Below, one piece after another: positions 1 to 10,126 of a DNA stretch of 32,000 nt. The notes below the pieces were generated by a model that did no database searches, was not told the origin of the DNA, and saw only the letters and a list, made by a program, of their open reading frames with translations. Source of the DNA: Fastidiosibacter lacustris (GTDB taxonomy: Bacteria > Pseudomonadota > Gammaproteobacteria > Francisellales > Francisellaceae); NCBI RefSeq assembly GCF_003428155.1, contig NZ_QLIR01000002.1, positions 215,182 through 247,181 of the forward strand, given 5' to 3'. The translations under genes and the position numbers were made by a program. How positions within the stretch are numbered: the first letter of the stretch is position 1; each line of letters starts with the position of its first letter.

Positions 1-372
1 CCTCAGATTGCAGCTATGAATAAAGAAGAATTCGAGTGCGCTAAGGTGCTTGATATGCACGATAGTATCGAATATTGGTTAAGGAATATTGAAAATCAAC
101 CAGATAAATCGTTTTGGCTTCCAACAGATAGCAGTAGATTTTATCCTGATTTTATAGCCAAGCTTAAAGATGATCGTTTGCTGATTGTTGAATACAAGGG
201 GCAACATTTGCTTACGAATGAGGATAGTAAACAAAAAGAGTTAATCGGTCATCGTTGGGCTGAACTTTCTCATAATTTATTTTTGATGGCTACTAATAAA
301 GATGATAAAGGGAGAGGTGTTTTTGAGCAGATTGATTGCTTATTGAAGAATGAAAGTTTTATAGTACCTTAA
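1..372 (+). CDS. C-terminal fragment of a type III restriction-modification system res/helicase-nuclease subunit (partial, continues upstream)
   Basis: Frame is open to window base 1 (PQIAAMNKEEF...). Contains 'FYPDFIAKLKDDRLLIVEYKG', typical of the PD-(D/E)xK nuclease end of type III Res subunits. Stop at 370-372. Confidence 0.6.
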   Translation, partial: PQIAAMNKEEFECAKVLDMHDSIEYWLRNIENQPDKSFWLPTDSSRFYPDFIAKLKDDRLLIVEYKGQHLLTNEDSKQKELIGHRWAELSHNLFLMATNKDDKGRGVFEQIDCLLKNESFIVP

Positions 373-403
373 CAATTTTGAAGTCTTAAATTAGAGTGTT
401 AAA

Positions 404-1291
404 ATGGCTGAGTATTCTGAAATTATTGACCAATTTCTTGATGATGTATGGCTTGCTGAAGGCTTAAGTCAAAATACATTGTTATCTTATAAAACAGATT
501 TGATCCATTTGACTAAAGCTTATGATAAAAGAGACTTATTAACATTGGGCTTAATAGAATTACAAAATTTTTTAGCTAAGCGCCTAAATATTGGTTATAG
601 CGCGCGCTCAAATGCACGAATGATCTCAACTTTGCATAAATTTTATCAATGGTGTCATGCGCAAAACAAAATTATTGCTGATCCAACACAAAAACTCATT
701 TTACCAAAATTACCAAAAAGTTTGCCAAAAGATTTATCCGAACAAGAAGTGGAAAAACTATTAGATGCTCCAGACTTAACGACAGAGATCGGAATACGTG
801 ATAAGGCGTTATTAGAGCTTATTTATGCCACAGGGTTACGTGTCAGCGAATTGGTTAATTTAACAGTTGATGATGTGAACTTGCGTCAAGGTGTGGTGCG
901 GGTGATGGGAAAAGGTTCAAAAGAGCGTCTAGTACCAACAGGAGAATATGCACTTGAGTATTTGAATAAATATATTGATGAGGTTCGAGAAGACTGGCTG
1001 CAAGGATTAAAGCTCAATAAGCTTTTTATTTCACATCATAGAAAAGGGATTACACGTCAAACATTTTGGCATCGCATTAAATATTATGCAAATTTAGTCG
1101 ATATTAAAAAAGAAATATCACCTCATACCTTGCGCCATGCGTTTGCAACACACTTACTCAATCACGGTGCTGATTTGCGCTCAGTGCAAATGCTTTTAGG
1201 TCACAGTAGCGTCTCTACCACAACAATTTATACCCACATATCCCAAGTGAGACTAATGAATCTATATAAGGAACATCATCCACGCGCTTGA
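404..1291 (+). CDS. xerD: Site-specific tyrosine recombinase XerD
   Basis: 295 aa; N-terminal SAM-like domain, catalytic motifs 'ATGLRVSELVNL', 'SPHTLRHAFATHLLNHGADLRSVQMLLGHSSVSTTTIYTHI', XerD-like tail 'LYKEHHPRA'. Confidence 0.93.
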   Translation: MAEYSEIIDQFLDDVWLAEGLSQNTLLSYKTDLIHLTKAYDKRDLLTLGLIELQNFLAKRLNIGYSARSNARMISTLHKFYQWCHAQNKIIADPTQKLILPKLPKSLPKDLSEQEVEKLLDAPDLTTEIGIRDKALLELIYATGLRVSELVNLTVDDVNLRQGVVRVMGKGSKERLVPTGEYALEYLNKYIDEVREDWLQGLKLNKLFISHHRKGITRQTFWHRIKYYANLVDIKKEISPHTLRHAFATHLLNHGADLRSVQMLLGHSSVSTTTIYTHISQVRLMNLYKEHHPRA

Positions 1292-1369
1292 GCAAAAGTC
1301 TATCATAATAATGAGCTTTTAATATTTAAACTTTATTCTATATTCAACTAAAGGAGTGGATAGGATTTA

Positions 1370-3541
1370 TTGGAGTATATTGTGCAGTCATATCAACAGG
1401 ATAGTGGTATTTTAGCATTTGTTCAGGTGGCTAGTTTATATCAAATTGCACTTGATCCTAAAACGATTCATCACCAATTTGCAACGACTAATCAAGCGTT
1501 AGATTGTCAGACGTTGTTGCGCGCAATCAAACGAAATGGCTTTAAAGCAAAGCTTGTCAAAACAGAACCAAGTACTATTCATTCATCTGCTTTACCTGCA
1601 ATTGCATGTGGGAAAACGCATTATTTTGTAGTGGTTGGTATTAATGATAAGCATGAATACTTGATTATCTCACCACACAATACAGAGCTTGTTCGTTTGT
1701 CTTATGAAGAATTTAGTGAACTGTTTGCCAATAAAATAATTTATTTAAATCCACAGGGGCAAGGATCAAACAAGAAAAGTTTTAATATCAAATGGTTTAT
1801 TCCAGTGTTTTGGAAGTATAAACATGTATTTAAGGATGTGTTGATTGCTTCATTCTTTTTGCAATTATTTGCTTTAGTCACACCATTATTTTTTCAGGTG
1901 GTGATGGATAAAGTTGTTGTGCATCAAGCACTCACTTCACTTGAGATTTTAGCCATTGGATTTGTTGCAGTGAGTATATTTGAAATGCTGTTGGGCTCAA
2001 TTAGAACGTATTTATTTGCGCATACAACAAGTCGGGTGGATGTAGAACTTGGGACAAAGTTGTATCAGCATTTACTAAGTTTACCCTTGGCTTATTTCGA
2101 AGCACGACAGGTAGGACAAAATGTAGCACGCGTGAAAGAGTTAGATAATATTCGTCAATTTTTAACCAGTAGCGCATTAACGCTTATTATTGACTTAGGG
2201 TTTACTTTTATCTTTTTTGCAGTGATGTGGTTTTATTCTGCTAAATTGACCTTGATTGTTTTAGCGACAATTCCTTGTTATGTTTTATTATCTTTGTTTA
2301 TTACACCGATTTTAAAATATCGTCTAGACAAGGCATTTAAGGAGGGGGCGAAGAATCAAGCTTTTCTAACTGAATCTTTAACAGGTATTCAAACCATTAA
2401 AGCCGCTGCAATTGAACCACAAATGCAGCATAGATGGGAAGATAATCTATCCAATTATGTACGCACGAACTTTCGTGCGTAAAACTTAAGCAATATTACT
2501 TCTCAAATTGCTCAATTTATCAATAAACTCACCATTTTGCTAATCATCTTTTTTGGCGTGAATTTAGTAATTATGGGAAGCTTAACCATTGGTCAGCTCA
2601 TCGCTTTTAATATGTTAGCAGGGCGTGTTACAGGACCGATTTTGAAAGTAGTACAATTATGGCAGGATTTTCAGCAGGTCAGTATTTCCTTAAAGCGTTT
2701 AGGGGATATCTTGAACAGTAGACCTGAGGAAGAGCCAACGAATATGCAGCATAAGCTTACCAAAGTTGAAGGTGAGATTGAATTTAAAAATGTGCATTTT
2801 CAATATCAGATTGATACTCCAGCGGTATTAAATAATATTTCATTTATCGTAAAACCTGGTCAATCGATTGGTATTGTTGGTCGTTCAGGGTCAGGGAAAA
2901 GCACGCTAACTAAGCTTATTCAAAGGCTTTATGTTTCGCAATCTGGTAGGATTTTACTTGATGGTGCTGATATATCATCCTTAAGTGCCGTGTGGTTAAG
3001 GCAGCAAATTGGTGTGGTATTGCAAGAGAACTTTTTGTTTAACCATAGTATTCGTGACAATATTGCATTAACTTGTCCTGGTATTGCACTTGATTTAGTT
3101 GTGCATGCCTCAAAGCTTGCAGGTGCGCATGAGTTTATTGTGAAACTTAAAAATGGTTATGACACTATTGTTGAGGAGCAAGGTGCAAATTTTTCAGGAG
3201 GACAAAAGCAGCGTATTGCAATTGCTAGAGCCTTGATTAATGAGCCAAAAATTTTAATTTTTGATGAGGCAACTTCAGCCCTTGATTATGAATCAGAGTA
3301 TATTATTCAACAAAATATGGCTGCAATTGCTAAAGACAGAACACTTTTTATAATTGCACATCGATTATCGACTGTTAAGCATTGTGATCAAGTTCTTTAT
3401 TTAGATCAAGGTCAGATTGTTGAACATGGAACACACGATGAACTTATTGCCCAAAATGGGCACTATGCGAAGTTGTATCAAGCACAATTTGTAAAAGTGG
3501 GTGTGAATCAGGAGGATAGTCAATGCAAAAAGTATGGATAA
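1370..3541 (+). pseudogene. Type I secretion ABC exporter (HlyB family, C39-like N-domain without catalytic Cys, TM domain, ATPase), interrupted by an in-frame TAA at 2480-2482
   Basis: ORFs 1370..2482 and 2537..3541 are in the same frame. The intervening codons read NLSNITSQIAQFINKLTI, continuous with HlyB-type TM sequence. ATPase has Walker A 'GRSGSGKSTL', signature 'FSGGQKQRIAIARAL', Walker B 'ILIFDEAT'. TTG start at 1370. Confidence 0.85.
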
Positions 3542-4932
3542 AATTTAAAAGATTTTGGCAAAATAGAGCAAATTTGAATGAGAAGCGACACCAGCAAAGA
3601 GATGCTTTAAATTTTCTGCCAAGTGCGTTAGAAATACAAGAGCATCCTCCACATCCTGTTGCGCGTGTGATGATGTGGATTTTGGTAAGCATCATCGTAT
3701 TTACCTTGCTTTGGGCATGTATTGGCAAAATGGATGTGATTGTGATAGCGCAGGGAAAAATTGTCCCACAAGCACAAGTGAAAATTATTCAACCATTGGA
3801 AAAAGGTATCGTTAAAGCGATTTACGTTAAAGATGGTCAGTTGGTCATGAAAGAGGAATTATTGCTAGAGTTAGACCAAAGTGTTACCCAAACTGATATT
3901 GAGAATTTGGCACATCAATTAAAGGTTGCTCAACTTATGTTGGCACAACACCAAACGGTCTATAATTTACTCACCTCACATGAGTTTATTGAAATGCGTT
4001 TTGATGAGGTTTTGATTCAAAGTCATGGCTTTTCTGAAATGGAACAAGAATCGCTTAAACAATTGGTATGGCGTAAATGGCAGGTATATGTTGCCGAGAT
4101 TAATCGTTTAGAAGCAAATGTAAACGTTGCAAAAGCTGAGTTAAATGCAGCACAAGAACAAATAAAAATGCTAACTCAAACTGTACCTATCATCCGTGAA
4201 CAAAATAAGATGTATCACGCGTTACATCAAAGTGATTTTGCGTCAAAAGCAGAGTATCTACAAAGTCAAAAAGATTTGATTGAGAAAGAGCAATTGTTAG
4301 CGCAATCAAATGCAACTTATGCTCAATTACAAGCAAATTTGGCGAGTCATATCAGTGAGCTTAAGCGAGTTAAAGCTGACTATTTTGCCCAAAGTTTAGA
4401 ATCTATTGAAATGGCAAAAAAGGACGTTAACATACTCTCAAAGGAACTCACTAAATATGAGCTTATGCAAAGAGAGCAAAGTTTAAAAGCTCCTATTACT
4501 GGCTATATCCATAATCTAGCTGTTCATACATTAGGAGCAGTTGTAACGTCCGCGCAAATGCTGATGCAGATTATCCCTAAAGCCAGTCCATTAGAAGTAA
4601 ATGCTACAATCCCAAATAAAGACATTGGCTATTTGCATGAAGGGCAAAAGGTAAGAATAAAAGTCGATACCTATCCTTTTACCGAGTATGGATTTTTAAC
4701 GGGTAAAATACTTGAAATAACTGATGATGCAATTGAAGATGAGCGTTTGGGATTAGTGTTTAAGATCATGGTAAGCCTTGACCAAAACACACTTCAAAAA
4801 GGCAATAGCAGTTTTGCTATTCGTCCAGGTATGTCGGTGATAGTTGAAGTTAAAACACATGAAAGGCGTATTATAGAATATTTTTTAAGCCCATTAGTTA
4901 AAGCGTTTAAAGAGAGTTTGCATGAACGATAA
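3523..4932 (+). CDS. HlyD-family type I secretion periplasmic adaptor
   Basis: 469 aa; one N-terminal TM helix, 'GKIVPQAQVKIIQPLEKGIVKAIYVKDGQLVMKEELLLELD', long coiled coil, C-terminal 'IRPGMSVIVEVKTHERRIIEYFLSPL'. Overlaps the 3' end of the ABC gene by 19 bp. Confidence 0.92.
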   Translation: MQKVWIKFKRFWQNRANLNEKRHQQRDALNFLPSALEIQEHPPHPVARVMMWILVSIIVFTLLWACIGKMDVIVIAQGKIVPQAQVKIIQPLEKGIVKAIYVKDGQLVMKEELLLELDQSVTQTDIENLAHQLKVAQLMLAQHQTVYNLLTSHEFIEMRFDEVLIQSHGFSEMEQESLKQLVWRKWQVYVAEINRLEANVNVAKAELNAAQEQIKMLTQTVPIIREQNKMYHALHQSDFASKAEYLQSQKDLIEKEQLLAQSNATYAQLQANLASHISELKRVKADYFAQSLESIEMAKKDVNILSKELTKYELMQREQSLKAPITGYIHNLAVHTLGAVVTSAQMLMQIIPKASPLEVNATIPNKDIGYLHEGQKVRIKVDTYPFTEYGFLTGKILEITDDAIEDERLGLVFKIMVSLDQNTLQKGNSSFAIRPGMSVIVEVKTHERRIIEYFLSPLVKAFKESLHER

Positions 4933-4947
4933 TGGCTTGACTATTTA

Positions 4948-5925
4948 TCAAGAGCGTAATGTTTTGAGGGCTTTTTCAAAAACATTGACATTTGCATCAT
5001 ATCGTGTTGCATTTTCGCTTAAAAATCGACGATATAGGCGGGCGTTAGGGTAGCCATTAAATAAATTAAGCGTATGTCTTGTAATATGATTTAGCTTAGT
5101 TCCTGGGGTTTTGAGTTCATTTTCAATATACTGAATTAAGTTTTCAGCAACATCAAATGGTGTTATGTGTCTAAGCTTCTCGTTGTAAAAAAAATGATCA
5201 ACATCTTTAAACAACATCGGATTATGATAAGCTTCACGACCGATCATAACACTATCAACTTTTTCTAAATGTGTTTTCGCCTCATTGAAGTTGGTAATGC
5301 CACCGTTAATACCGATTTGGTTATTAGGAAAAAGCTGTTTAATTCGGTACACCGTATCGTATTTCAAAGGTGGAATCGTTCGGTTTTCTTTAGGACTTAG
5401 CCCTTTTAACCAACCTTTTCGTGCGTGAATACAGATAAAGTCTACTTTAGCATCGACAATGCTTTGGATAAAATAAATAAGTTCATCAAAACTATCCTTA
5501 TCATCTACTCCAATTCGGCATTTGACAGAAACAGGAATATTAACGGCTGTTTTTAAAGCAACAACGCATTCTTTGACTAATTGAGGTTTATACATCAGTG
5601 ATAATCCAAACTCACCTTGTGATACACGGTCACTTGGGCAACCGACGTTTAGATTGATCTCACTAAATCCAAGCTCTTTAGCCAGTTTGGCACAAAAAGC
5701 TAGATCTTTTGGATTATTACCACCTAGTTGTAAGGTCAACGGATTTTCTTGTGGTGAATATTGTAATAAATGTTCGCGTGAACCATGAATGATTGCATTT
5801 GTGGTAATCATTTCAGTATAAAGAATAGTACGTTTTGTAATTAGTCTCATCATGTAACGATAGTGACGATCTGTCCAATCGATCATAGGTGCAATGCAAA
5901 TTTTACGTGCTAAGGCGTGTGACAT
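4948..5925 (-). CDS. dusA: tRNA-dihydrouridine(20/20a) synthase DusA
   Basis: 325 aa; 'APMIDWTDRHYRYMMRLITKRTILYTEMITTNAIIHG', 'LGGNNPKDLAFCAKLAKELGFSEINLNVGCPSDRVSQGEFGLSLM', 'IHARKGWLKGLSPKENR'. Confidence 0.95.
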   Translation of the reverse strand: MSHALARKICIAPMIDWTDRHYRYMMRLITKRTILYTEMITTNAIIHGSREHLLQYSPQENPLTLQLGGNNPKDLAFCAKLAKELGFSEINLNVGCPSDRVSQGEFGLSLMYKPQLVKECVVALKTAVNIPVSVKCRIGVDDKDSFDELIYFIQSIVDAKVDFICIHARKGWLKGLSPKENRTIPPLKYDTVYRIKQLFPNNQIGINGGITNFNEAKTHLEKVDSVMIGREAYHNPMLFKDVDHFFYNEKLRHITPFDVAENLIQYIENELKTPGTKLNHITRHTLNLFNGYPNARLYRRFLSENATRYDANVNVFEKALKTLRS

Positions 5926-6102
5926 GAATGTCTATAAAGTCATATTTATTTTAAATGTACAGTATAACAAATGTTCTTGATTGCAGCTATTGCTAGTTTC
6001 ATAACTGAAAAATGATAAAACTTCAAAATTTTAAGGTTGTAATTTGTCACAATCAGATTATTATGGCGATACTTAGTGAGCTTTTAATAAGTAAAAGTCT
6101 TT

Positions 6103-6750
6103 ATGCTACGAAAAATTATTAAATCATTAATCCCAAGTCGCGGAGAAATTTTCTTTGATCTATTTGTCCAAGCTGCCGAAAATGTACATACTTCAGCGAG
6201 TTTTTTAGTTGACATTGTTAAAGAAGAAAATGCTAAAATAGCCAATGAGCTTATGACCAATCTCAGGCAACAGCGTCAAAATGCAGTCGATATTAATAAG
6301 AAAATCATCGTTGAACTAAATGAGCAGTTTATTACGCCAATTGATCGTGGTGATATCTTCTATTTATCTGGACTGATGCTGAAGTTGACCAAACGTATCA
6401 TTAAAATCAATAAAAAAATGCAAATTTACGCAATTGATAGCAAGGTAGACGATTGTTTGATTCGTAGCGTTGTGACTTTGCAAGACATTACAAAATCGCT
6501 GTGTGATTTATTCATTGCATTTAAAAATAAAGATGGTCAAAAAATTAAACTGGCCTCGCAACATGCAACAGAGCTTGATGAAAATGTCGTCGAAGATTTA
6601 GGTGATGCTATTGATCAGATCAAAAAAGCAGATTATGACACCTTGACTACAATTAAATTAAAAGAGGTTTTTAAAGCGGTTGAATCAGCAGTCGACACTA
6701 GTGCTACCCTATGTGATTCAGTGATGCGCATTTATGTTAAGGAAATTTAG
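6103..6750 (+). CDS. DUF47/TIGR00153-family phosphate transport regulator (PhoU-like)
   Basis: 215 aa, 'SLIPSRGEIFFDLFVQAAENVHTSA', helical throughout, directly upstream of a Pit transporter as is usual for this family. Confidence 0.85.
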   Translation: MLRKIIKSLIPSRGEIFFDLFVQAAENVHTSASFLVDIVKEENAKIANELMTNLRQQRQNAVDINKKIIVELNEQFITPIDRGDIFYLSGLMLKLTKRIIKINKKMQIYAIDSKVDDCLIRSVVTLQDITKSLCDLFIAFKNKDGQKIKLASQHATELDENVVEDLGDAIDQIKKADYDTLTTIKLKEVFKAVESAVDTSATLCDSVMRIYVKEI

Positions 6751-6752
6751 TT

Positions 6753-7769
6753 ATGATGATAGTCCTTATTTGTATTATCATTATTGCTTTGTTTTTTGAA
6801 TTTATTAATGGATTTCACGATGTTGCAAATGTTGTGGCAACTCCGATTGCGTCAAAGTCACTTTCACCATATCAAGCAATTATTATTGCTGCAATTTTTA
6901 ATTTTATTGGTGCCTTTATGGGTACTGCCGTTGCAACCACAATTAGTAAAGGTTTAGTAGATGCTAATGTTATCACCCATTTAGTGCTTGTTGCGGCACT
7001 TATTGCTGCAATAAGTTGGAATTTATTTACTTGGTATTTTGGTATCCCTTCTAGTTCATCACATGCTCTAATTGGTTCTTTAGTAGGAGCTGCTATTGCG
7101 GTAAGTAATATCCATACCATTCACTATAGTGTCTTAATTGGTAAGGTTATTGTGCCGATGGTGTTATCACCGATTGTGGCATTTTTCTTAGCACTCATTT
7201 TAGTTGTTATTTTATTTCGTATCCTAAGCAAAAGAAAAACGCCGCGTAAATCTAATGCACGTATTCGAGAGTTGCAAGTGATCTCAAGCAGTTTATTGGC
7301 ATTAAGTCATGGTTCAAATGATGCTCAAAAAACCATGTCAATTATTACTTTGGCTTTGTTTGGTTTTGGGCTTGTTTCTACCGTTTCCCATGTTCCAATA
7401 TGGGTGATTTGTGTTTGTGCATTAACAATGGCTTTAGGGACTTTAGCAGGTGGTATGCGCATTATTAAAACGCTTACCACTCGAGTAGCTAAAATTGGAC
7501 CTGCAAATGGATTTGCTGCTGAGATGAGCTCAGGATTATTGATTTTAGGTGCTTCTCATTTGGGCTTGCCGGTAAGTACAACGCAAGCTGCTTCTGGTTC
7601 GATTATGGGAGCAGGGTATCCTGAAAGTGGTGGCGTAAATTGGAAAGTGGTGCGTACAATGGCAACTGCATGGCTTTTAACTTTACCATGTTGCATGCTA
7701 CTGAGTTTTATTGCCTACAAATTATTATTTGTATTATTTGGAGAGCTTGGAACTTCTGTCAATATTTAG
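6753..7769 (+). CDS. Inorganic phosphate transporter, Pit family
   Basis: 338 aa polytopic protein with both Pit signatures: 'FEFINGFHDVANVVATPIASKSL' and 'ALSHGSNDAQKTMSIITLALF'. Confidence 0.93.
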   Translation: MMIVLICIIIIALFFEFINGFHDVANVVATPIASKSLSPYQAIIIAAIFNFIGAFMGTAVATTISKGLVDANVITHLVLVAALIAAISWNLFTWYFGIPSSSSHALIGSLVGAAIAVSNIHTIHYSVLIGKVIVPMVLSPIVAFFLALILVVILFRILSKRKTPRKSNARIRELQVISSSLLALSHGSNDAQKTMSIITLALFGFGLVSTVSHVPIWVICVCALTMALGTLAGGMRIIKTLTTRVAKIGPANGFAAEMSSGLLILGASHLGLPVSTTQAASGSIMGAGYPESGGVNWKVVRTMATAWLLTLPCCMLLSFIAYKLLFVLFGELGTSVNI

Positions 7770-7778
7770 GTTGCGGTC

Positions 7779-9134
7779 ATGTTATTAAAATTAGAAAGAA
7801 AATCAACGCTCAGTATTGCTACTATTTATGTTTTTAGAATGCTGGGACTTTTTATTATCTTGCCTATTTTTAGTTTATATGCTGATAAAATTATTGATGC
7901 AACACCAACACTTATGGGGGCTGCGCTGGGTATTTATGGTTTAACGCAAGCATTATTACAAATTGTACTTGGTGTGCTATCAGATAAATATGGTCGCAAG
8001 CCAATCATTTTATTTGGGCTAATTATTTTTATCTTAGGTAGTGTTGTCGCTGCGATGTCACATACTATTTATGGTATTATCATAGGGCGCGCTTTACAAG
8101 GTGCCGGGGCAATAGGTAGCACTTTAACTGCATTAATTGCGGATACAACAACTGAAGAAAACAGAATGAAAGCGATGTCTGTGATTGGCATGGCGATTGG
8201 TTTGTCATTTATTGGTGCAATGGTGATCAGTCCAATTTTAAATTCAATCATTGGACTAAGTGGTATTTTTTGGCTTACCGCAATGCTTGGTGTGATTGGT
8301 ATTGTGATTCTAATATATGGTGTACCAACACCGACTAAGATCATTTTTCATCGTGGTACAGAGACCACACCAAGTCAAATTAAGAATGTGCTGTGGAAAT
8401 CTGAATTGCTGCGTTTAAATTATGGTATTTTTAGTCTGCATACAATGCTAACAGCATTATTTTTAGTTATCCCAATTATCTTGATTGATTATATTGGTAT
8501 TAGCATATCGAAGCAGTGGATAGTATATTTACCTGTGTTGTTTATTTCCTTTTTACTTATGATTCCATTTATTTTCATTGCGGAAACTAAAAATTTAATT
8601 AAACCAATTTTTATTGGAGCAATAATTGTTTTAACTGCAATACAATTTTTATTAGTTGAATTCTACCAACATATTATCATTATGAGTGTATTGCTTGTTT
8701 TGTATTTTGCAAGCTTTACATTTCTAGAGGCAGCACTGCCTTCCCTTATTTCCAAAATGGCATCAATTACAAGCAAAGGCACAGCAATGGGGGTCTACTC
8801 AAGTACACAATTTTTGGGTATTTTTTTTGGTGGTGTAATGGGTGGTGTGGTACTTCATCAGACAAATATTAAAGGTATTTTTATCTTCAATGGAATGCTT
8901 GGATTGATATGGATTATAATTGCCGTAACGATGCAAAAACCAAAACAAGTGAGTTCAAAGTTGTATAGCTTAAAAAACCTAAAGCAAAAAATAGACGCTA
9001 AAGCACTGCAACAACAGATCATCAAACTGCCTGGTGTTGAAGAAGCAATGGTGTGTATGGATGAATGTGTGGCTTATCTTAAAGTTGATAAAAAATATTT
9101 CGATGAAAAGAAGTTAAAAATGCTTTTTAATTGA
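7779..9134 (+). CDS. MFS transporter, YajR-like with C-terminal soluble ferredoxin-like domain
   Basis: 451 aa; 'FRMLGLFIILPIFSLY...GIYGLTQALLQIVLGVLSDKYGRKP' and the post-TM12 domain 'QQQIIKLPGVEEAMVCMDECVAYLKVDKKYF' resemble YajR. Confidence 0.82.
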   Translation: MLLKLERKSTLSIATIYVFRMLGLFIILPIFSLYADKIIDATPTLMGAALGIYGLTQALLQIVLGVLSDKYGRKPIILFGLIIFILGSVVAAMSHTIYGIIIGRALQGAGAIGSTLTALIADTTTEENRMKAMSVIGMAIGLSFIGAMVISPILNSIIGLSGIFWLTAMLGVIGIVILIYGVPTPTKIIFHRGTETTPSQIKNVLWKSELLRLNYGIFSLHTMLTALFLVIPIILIDYIGISISKQWIVYLPVLFISFLLMIPFIFIAETKNLIKPIFIGAIIVLTAIQFLLVEFYQHIIIMSVLLVLYFASFTFLEAALPSLISKMASITSKGTAMGVYSSTQFLGIFFGGVMGGVVLHQTNIKGIFIFNGMLGLIWIIIAVTMQKPKQVSSKLYSLKNLKQKIDAKALQQQIIKLPGVEEAMVCMDECVAYLKVDKKYFDEKKLKMLFN

Positions 9135-9366
9135 GTCTGTAACGTCTGAATTTTGTTATCTGTTTGATTCATAGAGATGGGTTCAATTTTTTCTGCGAAT
9201 ATTCTTCTGTGATTAAGTGTTTCTTTTCTAAGCTGCAATGCTTTTGCAGAGTTTTTCTAGATTTGACAAAATAACGATGAGTTTCAGTGGGTTTTTGCAC
9301 ATTGCGGGAAGTTTGAGATAGTTACGGTAAAAAATGGTTCACAGAATCTAGATTACAGTGAGAGCT

Positions 9367-10041
9367 TTAAATTCTTTTTTCTAAAAACTTTCCTTTGAAA
9401 AAAGACAGTAGATCTTCAACAAAATAATCAATCTCCGAATGTGTCATAAATCTTGCATGAGCAGTATCGTCTGCGTTAACAAGTACCGTAGTCATTCCTA
9501 GTTGTTTGGCGGGAATTAAATTATGTGATGAGTCTTCAAAAAAACTGCTTTGTTTGGTGTAATTTTTAGCACATCAAAGCAATACTGATATGCTTTTATA
9601 TTTGGTTTTGGAATCAATCCAGTACATTCCAAAGTCACAACATCTTGAATCACTTGATGTAATCCAAGCTTATTGATAACGCGTCCTGCATGATAACGTG
9701 AACCATTGGTAAATATCGATAAATGTTTACCATTTTCTTTTAATACATTCAAAAATGTCAAAAGTTCATTATCTAGTTGTAAGCTTTCCAATGGTACGTT
9801 ATCAACTACCTTTAGAAATTCATATGGATTAATGTTGTGATGGTACATAAGACCGTGCATCGTCGTGCCAAAGCTGCGATAATATTTCTCTCTTAAAAAA
9901 TCCGCCTCTTTACGAGGAACCTTTAACTTAATTTACAATAAAATTAGACATATTGCGCAGTTGCAAATCAAAAAAGGCAGAACTTGCCGAATAAAGGGTA
10001 TTATCTAAATCAAATACATAATGCTCAAAATTCAAGTGCAT
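9367..10041 (-). pseudogene. HAD-superfamily pyrimidine 5'-nucleotidase-like gene with two frameshifts
   Basis: Three frames on the minus strand together give one protein: MHLNFEHYVFDLDNTLYSASSAFFDLQLRNMSNFIVN / KLKVPRKEADFLREKYYRSFGTTMHGLMYHHNINPYEFLKVV...GLIPKPNIKAYQYCFDVLKITPNKAVF / FEDSSHNLIPAKQLGMTTVLVNADDTAHARFMTHSEIDYFVEDLLSFFKGKFLEKRI*. Shifts lie near 9930 and at the A7 run 9538-9544. Confidence 0.82.
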
Positions 10042-10126
10042 CTTAGTTTTTCTTAATCCTTAATCACATATAGCGCAAGCTTAGTGAGTTTAGCCAATAT
10101 TTGAAAGTAGTTTTTCAGTCTCTATT

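Noticed and set aside
1370-3541. Recoding or an alternative genetic code to explain the in-frame TAA
   Set aside because: Other genes in the window end at TAA as normal stops, and no SECIS-like or readthrough signal is evident; a mutation or consensus error is simpler.
3444-3728. 94-aa minus ORF
   Set aside because: Antisense to the 3' end of the exporter and 5' end of the HlyD-like gene, both supported by strong motifs.
6872-8344. Short ORFs 6872..7120 (-), 7640..7837 (+), 8069..8344 (-)
   Set aside because: They overlap the Pit and MFS transporter genes in other frames; no recognisable domain, compositional shadows.
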